From Patescibacteria group bacterium (lineage in GTDB: Bacteria; Patescibacteriota; Minisyncoccia; Minisyncoccales; UBA5738): a DNA stretch of 64,000 bases. The position numbers and the translations under genes are program-made. The notes under the pieces are model-generated. The model ran no database searches. It worked only from the letters and a program-made list of their open reading frames with translations, and was not told the DNA's origin. How positions within the stretch are numbered: position 1 is the stretch's first letter; the number at the start of each line of letters is the position of its first letter. Location of the stretch: NCBI GenBank assembly GCA_022710775.1, contig JAKLGH010000005.1, positions 9,260-73,259 on the forward strand, read 5' to 3'. This document shows positions 56,864 to 64,000 of this stretch, one piece after another.

Positions 56864-57295
56864 TTATTCGTTTTCAGCGGAGTTAATTTCTTTCTGGAAA
56901 AATCCCATAACCTGGTCTGTTCCGATAAGGCATTTTCCGTTTTTTCCATCCCAAAGGAAAGGTACGCCGATGCTATCCTGATTCATTTGGCAGGCAGCGA
57001 CTTTTTCCATCATTATCCTGCGGTTATCGGCATCGTTCCAAACTTCCTTGGTTTCGTAGTTGACCTTTTGGGCTGCTTCTTTTTCTTCCAAGAAAGCTTC
57101 AATCTCAAGGCAATGAGGGCATCCGTCTCCGTAAAAAAGAATTGTTTTTCCGTCAATGACGGATAAGTTTTTCGGAATTGCCGTTTCGTTTCGGGGAGGA
57201 ATTTCTTCTTTATTGCTGTCGGATATTAGAACGGCAATAGTTGCGGTTGAGATAGCCAGGAATAGGAATGTAGCTAGAATTAATTCTTTGTTCAT
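56864..57295 (-). CDS. membrane-anchored thioredoxin/glutaredoxin-fold protein (CPHC active site)
   Basis: N-terminal anchor, FYGDGCPHCLEIEAFL, and cis-Pro region GVPFLW. Confidence 0.7.
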   Translation of the reverse strand: MNKELILATFLFLAISTATIAVLISDSNKEEIPPRNETAIPKNLSVIDGKTILFYGDGCPHCLEIEAFLEEKEAAQKVNYETKEVWNDADNRRIMMEKVAACQMNQDSIGVPFLWDGKNGKCLIGTDQVMGFFQKEINSAENE

Positions 57296-57398
57296 TTTTT
57301 TAAGCTTACCTCTTTTTTACCCAAAAAATGGCTTAAAAGCAAATCTTTTTAAATTGCCAGTTGGCTGATTTTCGGTTATCTTATAATAATCGAAGAAA

Positions 57399-58148
57399 AT
57401 GTCCAGATTCACTAAAAAAACCCGGTTTTCGAACAAGAATTTTAACGGTTTTTTTTTGCTTTTTTCCCTTGTTTTATTCTTTTTCTTTTGTTTTGCGAAA
57501 AATGAAGTTTATGCCCATCAGCCAGTGATAGTGGGTCCAAAAACGGCGGTTACTGTCAAAAACCCCGATGTTTCAAAAGTATATTACGGAGAACTCGCAG
57601 GCAAGCCGGTTGTTTATACCGTTTATTCAGCCAAACCGTTCGTTCTTTACGCAAATATACTGGTGCCCGATACCAGCGGCGCTAAAACCGATTTTTCCCT
57701 CGATATTCTAAAAGATGGAGAGCTGATCCAGAAAATATATGGTCCGGAATGTTTTTGGTTGGATTTTTACGAGCCGTTCGGCGACGATTATTATTTGGAA
57801 GGTCCGGAGTTTGAAAAAAAAGTCGAGCCGGGATCATATACCATCAAGGTATACAGCCAAAGCAATTCCGGAAAATACGCTTTAGCGGTAGGGAAAAACG
57901 ACAAGTTCGGTTTATTGGAAACCGTTTCCGCGTTGCGCGTGATGCCGGCGGTGAAAAAAGATTTTTTCGAAAAATCGCCGTGGACCGCTTATAACAATTA
58001 TACGGGGCTGGGCGGATTGATTTTTCTGGCACTGGGCCTTGTAATTATTTATTTTTTGGCCGCTTTCTTAAAAAGAAGGCAAGTTAAGATAAAACTGGAC
58101 AAAAAATATCAGAAAGCGGATGAAGACAGCAAAAATAATGTTATTTAG
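57399..58148 (+). CDS. exported hypothetical protein with C-terminal TM anchor (249 aa)
   Basis: N-terminal hydrophobic segment, soluble beta-rich-looking domain, and C-terminal TM (GLGGLIFLALGLVIIYFLAAF). Confidence 0.5.
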   Translation: MSRFTKKTRFSNKNFNGFFLLFSLVLFFFFCFAKNEVYAHQPVIVGPKTAVTVKNPDVSKVYYGELAGKPVVYTVYSAKPFVLYANILVPDTSGAKTDFSLDILKDGELIQKIYGPECFWLDFYEPFGDDYYLEGPEFEKKVEPGSYTIKVYSQSNSGKYALAVGKNDKFGLLETVSALRVMPAVKKDFFEKSPWTAYNNYTGLGGLIFLALGLVIIYFLAAFLKRRQVKIKLDKKYQKADEDSKNNVI

Positions 58149-58169
58149 AAGTAAGGAGTATGCGGTTTT

Positions 58170-58586
58170 ATGAGCACTAAATTGACCGGAAGAAGGGGAG
58201 AAGAAGCCGCCGCCGGGTATTTGGAAAGACATCAATATAAAATCCTTGACCGGAATTTTTCATTTAGGGCGGTCAACGGTCCGCGGATTGCGGAAGTTGA
58301 TATTGTTGCCAAGAAAAAAGATTGTTATGTGTTTGTCGAGGTAAAAACAATAAAAGGCGGGAAAGCGGGTTTTTTGGCCCAAGATAAAGTGAATGTTGAA
58401 AAACAGAGAAAAATCGCTTATGCTGCCGAGGTTTGGCTTATAAATCACAGGATTCCATTGGATGTTAAGTGGCAGGTTGACGTTGTCGCGGTTCAAATCT
58501 TAGATGACGAACGGCCGAAAATCGTCCGCTGGCTGTTTGGACAAAAAATCGATATCTCTCATTTCAAGAACGTCGCTCATCGATAA
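58170..58586 (+). CDS. yraN: YraN-family (UPF0102) endonuclease-like protein
   Basis: GEEAAAGYLERHQYKILDRNF..EVDIVAKK..VFVEVKT motif order is typical of UPF0102. Confidence 0.8.
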   Translation: MSTKLTGRRGEEAAAGYLERHQYKILDRNFSFRAVNGPRIAEVDIVAKKKDCYVFVEVKTIKGGKAGFLAQDKVNVEKQRKIAYAAEVWLINHRIPLDVKWQVDVVAVQILDDERPKIVRWLFGQKIDISHFKNVAHR

Positions 58587-58866
58587 TGCTTCATTAAACA
58601 TTGTGAAGCCCGGACTATTTTGAAGATTGCGGATTAAATTCGGCGCTGGCCAAAGGAGTATTTCTTGTATCGAAAAATGACCCATGGGAGAGTCCGGTTT
58701 TTTTCAATAATAATTTATTGTCTAAAGCCGGGGAGCCGTATCTTAACGGAAAGAGGCATGAACTTTTCTTGGCTATTTTGCCAAAAAATCCATAGAATAG
58801 CCTATGGATTTACTTTTTTGTGAAACCGTGATTGAATATGGAAAGTTCATTGTTGGAGGCTAATAG

Positions 58867-59208
58867 ATGGTTATAAAGGTTGGAGATGTATTTTATTTGG
58901 AAAAAAGCATTGACCGGGTATTCGGTTATGGGCCAGACAAGGCCGCTTATTCCGATTATCATCCGATCCCGAAGGGAGCAAAAATAACCGTACTAAGCAT
59001 TGCAGGAAACAAAGCTAGAGTCCGTTTTGAAAATTACGTAGCGGCAGGTCCGGCGTTTTATCATGAAAAAGGAATCCAGGAAGCGGAGATCGACGCGTTT
59101 TATAACGCTACCGATGTCTACAATAAAGATAACGACGGATTAGTTTCCTTCTTGCATTGGGCAGGCTTAACCTATCAGGCGGCGAGAAAGCTGCTGAAAA
59201 AGGGTTGA
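58867..59208 (+). CDS. hypothetical protein (113 aa)
   Basis: Intact ORF with GGAGG upstream. No family recognised. Confidence 0.5.
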   Translation: MVIKVGDVFYLEKSIDRVFGYGPDKAAYSDYHPIPKGAKITVLSIAGNKARVRFENYVAAGPAFYHEKGIQEAEIDAFYNATDVYNKDNDGLVSFLHWAGLTYQAARKLLKKG

Positions 59209-59261
59209 GTCTTTTTTTTGTTTCCGTTGGAACTTTTAATCGGCCCAAGGCGCGGGTGGGG

Positions 59262-59936
59262 TTAAGCGCGCGGTTTAAGCAGTCCGATCTTGCACAAATT
59301 ACGCTTGGGATGGTCGATTGCTTTTTCGGCGAACGATCCTACTTTTCCGCCGATCATGCCGATCTTTGATTTTACCGATTCCATTACGAATTCCGGCGTA
59401 AGGGTTTTTTTGTATTCGACCGGCAGTTCCAGCCATACCTTTCCGATGAAATTGGTGAAATGGGCGTCGGAACCCACGGTAAAGGCGCAGTCGTTCTTTT
59501 TCATGAATTCCAGCGCCAATTTATTACCCCAGAAAACCGAAGCGTTCAAAACTTCCATCGCTTCAGCTCTTTGCATGACCTCTTTCATGTCGCCGTCGAA
59601 GCCGCACATGGAACCGAAAGGGTGGGCGATCACGGCAGTTCCGCTTTGGCTGTGGATGCGCGTGATGGTTTCTTCGGCGCTTAGTTTATTGGGAATGGGT
59701 TCTTTGATGTTGAGCGCCAGAATGTCTCCCTGTTTTGATTTTACCTCTTCGCTGACGATGACCAAAATCGGCAAGCCTTGCGCGTACTCGCGGGCTTCCA
59801 GAGAGCCTCTGATATTCCCATGGTCGGCAATGGCGACGCACTGGATGCCGCGTTTGATCGCGGTATCAATGATATCCTTGGGTCGGGATGCGCTGTCGTA
59901 AGAATAGCAGCTGTGGATATGGAAATCGCATTTCAT
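59262..59936 (-). CDS. PHP-domain metal-dependent phosphoesterase
   Basis: N-terminal CDFHIHSCYSYDS, later ADHGN and GSDAH histidine motifs. Confidence 0.8.
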   Translation of the reverse strand: MKCDFHIHSCYSYDSASRPKDIIDTAIKRGIQCVAIADHGNIRGSLEAREYAQGLPILVIVSEEVKSKQGDILALNIKEPIPNKLSAEETITRIHSQSGTAVIAHPFGSMCGFDGDMKEVMQRAEAMEVLNASVFWGNKLALEFMKKNDCAFTVGSDAHFTNFIGKVWLELPVEYKKTLTPEFVMESVKSKIGMIGGKVGSFAEKAIDHPKRNLCKIGLLKPRA

Positions 59937-60079
59937 AAATAATTAATCGGTTCCTCTTAGTAAACCTAAAACCAGAATAGCATAAAGCATAAAGCTCCTC
60001 AAACAGGTTTTTTATTTTAGCCGTGCCAAAAAACCGGTTTTAGGATAGAATATCAAAAAGCTTAAAAAGCAATTTCAAT

Positions 60080-60640
60080 ATGGCTGAATCAATAATATTT
60101 GTTCTATCCTGTTTTTATTTTTTTCTGCCGGCCTATTTTGCCAATATGGCGGCTCCGATGGTTGCGAGAACCGGATATTTTAAATCATTGGCGGTTCCGA
60201 TCGACGGGGGAAAAAAATACAGAGGGGAACCGATCCTGGGAGATCATAAAACCTGGCGGGGAGCGGTATTCGCGATGCTGGCCGGCATTATCGTTTTTTA
60301 TATTCAGCAGCAGCTTTTTACGACTCCTATTTTTAATGTCATTTCACTGATCGATTACGGCGAAGCCCAAATCGGCCTAGTTGGGGTTTTTATGCCGCTG
60401 GCCGCGGTGCTAGGCGACTTGTCCGCGGCTTTTGCCAAGCGCCGTCTAAAACTTAAACCGGGCGCCAAGTTCATGCCCTGGGACCAAGTTAATTACGTTT
60501 TGGGCAATTTTGTGGTTTTGGGCCCGATCCTTCGCCTGGAGCTTATGGTCTGGGCCGTGCTTTTATTCTTTACTTTCTTTCTGCATATCATTGTTAACCG
60601 TATCGGTTTTGAATTGGGTTTGCACAAGGCCAAGTGGTGA
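60080..60640 (+). CDS. CDP-archaeol synthase (CarS, DUF46)-like membrane protein
   Basis: FLPAYFANMAAP, PIDGGK..GEPILGDHKTWRG, GDLSAAFAKRRLKLKPGAKFMPWDQVNY. This motif order is what I remember for the archaeal CarS family. About 5 TM helices. Confidence 0.65.
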   Translation: MAESIIFVLSCFYFFLPAYFANMAAPMVARTGYFKSLAVPIDGGKKYRGEPILGDHKTWRGAVFAMLAGIIVFYIQQQLFTTPIFNVISLIDYGEAQIGLVGVFMPLAAVLGDLSAAFAKRRLKLKPGAKFMPWDQVNYVLGNFVVLGPILRLELMVWAVLLFFTFFLHIIVNRIGFELGLHKAKW

Positions 60641-60732
60641 TAATCAGCCTGGCAATAACTGTTAGACTGTTGACAAAATAGCTGCCCTAAGATAAAGAAA
60701 GTTCAAACAGCATCTTAAAAAGGAGCGGAAAC

Positions 60733-61152
60733 ATGGACCTAGCGCAAGAGAGTAAGTTGTTGGAACAGGCGTTTAAAGCTTTTAAAGCCGGAAATGATAA
60801 GAAAATGCGGGACAAGGCAAAAGCCTTGGCATATATTCCGGAAGCGCCAAACTATAATCTGGCGATAATGTTTTATAGCCACCTGAACAGTCCCGGCAAC
60901 GAATTTTCCCCGAAAGAGCAATTTTGGGGCGAATGCGTGCTGGGGCAGTTATATTTTATTGCCAAAGACGAAACCATTGATCGCGATTTGATTGTAAAGG
61001 CCTCAAGCGAAGCCCAGGACCATTTTGACCGAGCTTATGTCATATCGAAAAGTATGCCTAAAAGCGATACCAAGGCCGTGGAAATGCTAAAAGCAAGGTA
61101 TCTAGAAGCAGATAAAAAAATTAGAGGCGTGAATATGCTTTTCCGCCTTTAG
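60733..61152 (+). CDS. hypothetical protein (139 aa)
   Basis: Intact ORF with AGGAG upstream. No family recognised. Confidence 0.5.
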   Translation: MDLAQESKLLEQAFKAFKAGNDKKMRDKAKALAYIPEAPNYNLAIMFYSHLNSPGNEFSPKEQFWGECVLGQLYFIAKDETIDRDLIVKASSEAQDHFDRAYVISKSMPKSDTKAVEMLKARYLEADKKIRGVNMLFRL

Positions 61153-61166
61153 GCAGGCAAACAGGG

Positions 61167-61191
61167 CGTTTCCGGAAGGAAACGTTTTTTT
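61167..61191 (+). terminator. hairpin terminator between convergent genes
   Basis: CGTTTCC-GGAA-GGAAACG followed by T7. It overlaps the stop of the minus-strand gene. Confidence 0.65.
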
Positions 61192-63859
61192 ATTGCAAAA
61201 CCAATTCGGCGAAACAGCTTTCCTCGCGTTCTTCAATGACAAAGCCGTGTTTTTTTATCAGACTGCGGATGGCGATATTGTCGGCCAAAAAAGCCAGGTA
61301 AACCGTTTTTATTTTCTCCTTGCGGGCGATGGAAACCATATGTTCAAGCAGTTTTGACCCCAGTCCTTTGTTTTGCCAGCAGTCGGAAACCACTATCGCG
61401 AATTCCGCCGTATTATCTAGCGGATCTCCGATCAGGCGCGCCACTCCGATGGTTTTTTTTATGCCTTCGTCTTCAATTTCGGCGATAATGCCGATTTCGC
61501 GGGCATAGTCGATTTGCGTATAGCGTTTCACGAAATCGCTCCGGGTTTTATCGATCACTTTAAAGAAGCGGTAGCGTTTGGTGTTTTCCGAGAGATCGTC
61601 GATGAATTTTTTGTGGCGGGGTTCGTCTTCGGCCATTATCGGCCGCAAAAAAATCTTCCGGTTATGGATCTTGATCGTTTTTTCGTAATCCTTGATGTAG
61701 GGAACGATGGCCAAGTGAGAGTAGGGTTTGGCTCCAATATCAGCCGCTTTTTGGTCAAGAATGATTTTGGCATCCAATACGCAACCGCCATCCTCGTCGG
61801 CGGCGAAAGGATTGATATCAACTTCTTTGATTTCCGGGAAGTCCATTACCAAGTAAGAAAATTTGTAAAGTAAAAATTGGATTGCCTTGATATCGATCCC
61901 GGCCATGCCGCGGAAGCCCTTCAACAGGCGGTAGATCTTGGTTTCTTCGATCATCCTTTTTGCCAACGCCATGTTTAAAGGAGGAAGTTCCGCGGAGATG
62001 TCTTTGAACACTTCAACCGCTACGCCGCCCAAGCCGAAAACAATCACCGGTCCGAATAGCTGGTCTTTCTTGCTCCCGATTAGCAGTTCGAATTTCTTTT
62101 GAATCATTTTTTCCAGGGAGACTCCGTCGATCTTTGCATTCGGGTAAGCTTTTTTGGCGGATTTGATGATCTTTGTGAAAGCATCAGCCGCTTCCTTTTT
62201 CGATGAAATGCCTAAGGCGACCCCGCCGCAGTCGGTTTTATGGATAATGTCGGGCGATTCGATCTTTAAAGCCAGAGGGAAGCCAAGCTTGTCAGCCGCT
62301 TTTTCCGCCTGGCTGGCGTTTTTTGCCAGGATCGACGGATTGACCGGTATGCCGTAATACTTCAAGATTTTTTTTGATTCGGTTCCGCCCAGCGAGAATT
62401 TTTTCTCATCCAGGGCTTTGTTGATCAGTTTTTTACAGGATTCGTAATCAGGGGAAAAAGAGGTTGGTATCGCTTCCGGGGTTTTTTGGATCAGTTTTAG
62501 GTTTTCCAGGTGTTCATGCAAGCCTAAAAAGCAATTAATAGCTTTCTCCGGCGTGCGATAAGCCGGTATTCCGGAACGCCGGAAAATATCGGCGCCTTTT
62601 TTTACCTCATCTTCTCCGAGCAGGGAAGCAAAAACCGGTTTTTCTTCCAGGCCGGGTATGGCAACGATCTGTTTTGCGATTTCTTCGGTTTGAGTGATTG
62701 CCTGGGGCGTTATGATCGTTAAAATACCGTCAACGTTTTTTTCTTTCAGGCAGGCTTCGATCGCCAATTTATAATGTTGGGGCAAGGCGTCGCCCAAAAG
62801 GTCGATCGGATTGCTTCTACTCCAGGCCGGCGGTAAAGATTTGTTCAAGTTTTCAATGAGATCCGGGGTGAGGCTGGCCAGTTCTCCCTTATGTTCGGTT
62901 AAAAAATCTGTCGAAATGACGGCCGGTCCTCCGGCGTTGGTGATGATTGCCAGCCGGTTTCCTTCCGGTATTTTTTGCTTAGCTAAAGTTTTAGTGTAGT
63001 TAAAAAGTTCCGAGATCGTTCTGGCGCGGATTACGCCGGATCGCCGGAACGCCGTTTCAAAAACATAATCGCTGCCGGCGATTGTGCCGGTATGGGACAT
63101 TACGGCTTTCGTGCCTGCGGCACCCACGCCGCCTTTTAGGACAACGATCGGTTTGTGTTTGGAGAAAGCCGTGGCCGAGCTCATGAATTTGCGCGCGTCG
63201 TTGAGCGATTCCATATATATCAAAATACTTGAAACATGCTGGTCGCGCGAGCAATAATCGATCATTTCCGGAAAGCTGATGTCGGCCATCGAACCGACGG
63301 AAACGAAATAGCTGAACCCGATACGTTCATAAACGGCCCAGTCAAGAAAAGTATCGCAAAGCGCTCCGCTTTGTGAGATGAAAGCGATGGATCCGGCAAC
63401 GGGCATTTTTGGGGCGAAGCTGGCATTGAGCGCGAGGCGCGGATTAATAAAACCAAGGCAATTGGGCCCCAGGATCTTTAGGTCTTTTTCCTCGGATATT
63501 TCTTTAAGCTGGTCGAATCGTTCGCGCCCTTCCGGCCCGGCTTCTTTAAAACCCGAAGAAAGGATGGCGACGCCGTTGGCTTTTTTTTGGGCGCATTCCA
63601 GCACGATCGGAATGACGGTGGGGGCGGGGGTGGCAATAACAACCAGATCCAAATTTTCCTTGATGTCTAAGACCGAAGCGTATGTTTTGGCTCCTTGGAC
63701 TTCCGGAGTTTTGTTGTTTACGGCGAATATTTTTCCCTGATATCCTCCATCCTTGATGTTTTTAAACACGGAGTAGCCGACGCTGGTGGTTCGGTTATTG
63801 GCGCCGACGATGGCGATGCTTTCAGGGTTGAAAAAAGTGTTGATCTGTTTCCAGGACAT
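61190..63859 (-). CDS. ADP-forming acetyl-CoA synthetase (CoA-binding, ligase-CoA and ATP-grasp domains) fused to a C-terminal GNAT acetyltransferase (Pat/YfiQ architecture)
   Basis: 889 aa. N-terminal PESIAIVGANN CoA-binding domain, central ATP-grasp, and C-terminal GNAT with QNKGLGSKLLEHM. Confidence 0.85.
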   Translation of the reverse strand: MSWKQINTFFNPESIAIVGANNRTTSVGYSVFKNIKDGGYQGKIFAVNNKTPEVQGAKTYASVLDIKENLDLVVIATPAPTVIPIVLECAQKKANGVAILSSGFKEAGPEGRERFDQLKEISEEKDLKILGPNCLGFINPRLALNASFAPKMPVAGSIAFISQSGALCDTFLDWAVYERIGFSYFVSVGSMADISFPEMIDYCSRDQHVSSILIYMESLNDARKFMSSATAFSKHKPIVVLKGGVGAAGTKAVMSHTGTIAGSDYVFETAFRRSGVIRARTISELFNYTKTLAKQKIPEGNRLAIITNAGGPAVISTDFLTEHKGELASLTPDLIENLNKSLPPAWSRSNPIDLLGDALPQHYKLAIEACLKEKNVDGILTIITPQAITQTEEIAKQIVAIPGLEEKPVFASLLGEDEVKKGADIFRRSGIPAYRTPEKAINCFLGLHEHLENLKLIQKTPEAIPTSFSPDYESCKKLINKALDEKKFSLGGTESKKILKYYGIPVNPSILAKNASQAEKAADKLGFPLALKIESPDIIHKTDCGGVALGISSKKEAADAFTKIIKSAKKAYPNAKIDGVSLEKMIQKKFELLIGSKKDQLFGPVIVFGLGGVAVEVFKDISAELPPLNMALAKRMIEETKIYRLLKGFRGMAGIDIKAIQFLLYKFSYLVMDFPEIKEVDINPFAADEDGGCVLDAKIILDQKAADIGAKPYSHLAIVPYIKDYEKTIKIHNRKIFLRPIMAEDEPRHKKFIDDLSENTKRYRFFKVIDKTRSDFVKRYTQIDYAREIGIIAEIEDEGIKKTIGVARLIGDPLDNTAEFAIVVSDCWQNKGLGSKLLEHMVSIARKEKIKTVYLAFLADNIAIRSLIKKHGFVIEEREESCFAELVLQ

Positions 63860-64000
63860 AAATTACGTATCAGCTTTAAGGATTCTTAATAATCCATTCT
63901 AATCCCGATGGGGAAAATTTAAAACTATGATTGATATTTTATGATAATAGTTATATAAAATAATATTCAAAACTGGCAGGAGGAAGGATATGGATACCAT

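Noticed and set aside
61167-61184. CCGGAAGGAA with a GGAA tetraloop resembling SRP (4.5S) RNA helix 8
   Set aside because: It is a perfect 7-bp hairpin followed by T7, without the conserved internal loops or flanking SRP sequence. A convergent-gene terminator explains it better.
63990-64000. Start of a further plus-strand gene (ATG at 63990 after AGGAGGAAGG)
   Set aside because: Only 11 nt lie inside the window, which is too little to call.

Overview
This 64-kb chromosomal window looks like a small-genome Patescibacteria/CPR-type bacterium. That placement is an inference from gene content: a tandem array of TrbC/VirB2-like pilin genes, a compact F-type ATPase operon, an ADP-forming acetyl-CoA synthetase/GNAT fusion, and many small unassignable genes. 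The standard code applies, since TGA is used as a stop.

I can support about 70 protein genes:
- Informational and housekeeping: ABC-F, L19, FtsH, an S1-repeat protein, GyrA, RecG, YraN.
- A complete atpB-(atpZ-like)-E-F-H-A-G-D-C operon.
- Transport: DUF47-PiT, a CPA antiporter, CopA.
- Envelope: PrsW, PAP2, a GT2 with the QxxRW motif, and a TPR/TMTC-like GT-C protein.
- A pyrF plus PRTase pair next to two HPS-like paralogs.
- A CarS-like (archaeal-type CDP-alcohol synthase) gene.

There are eight intact tRNA genes, all folded by hand: Val-TAC, Leu-GAG, Val-GAC, Ile-TAT, Leu-TAG, Glu-TTC, Arg-GCG and Ala-CGC. I also mark several near-consensus sigma70 promoters and hairpin terminators. I recognise no rRNA, CRISPR/cas, integrase, transposase or reverse transcriptase.

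The most unusual observation is at 2747-3110 on the minus strand. An intact tRNA-Ile(UAU) gene sits inside the anticodon loop of a second, interrupted copy of itself. That copy in turn sits inside a third interrupted copy. At each level the halves are joined by a 15-bp helix and a small hairpin, both showing compensatory base changes between levels. I know of no described bacterial equivalent.

Other leads:
- A 130-nt, roughly 98% identical structured element that forms the leader of the ATP synthase operon. A second copy lies 1.76 kb upstream, and the two bracket a three-gene cassette.
- Six tandem pilin-like genes, including an exact 408-bp tandem duplication.
- tRNA-fragment scars beside tRNA-Arg and tRNA-Leu.
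- A bacterial CarS homologue.

All calls come from manual reading. No database search or statistics were run.
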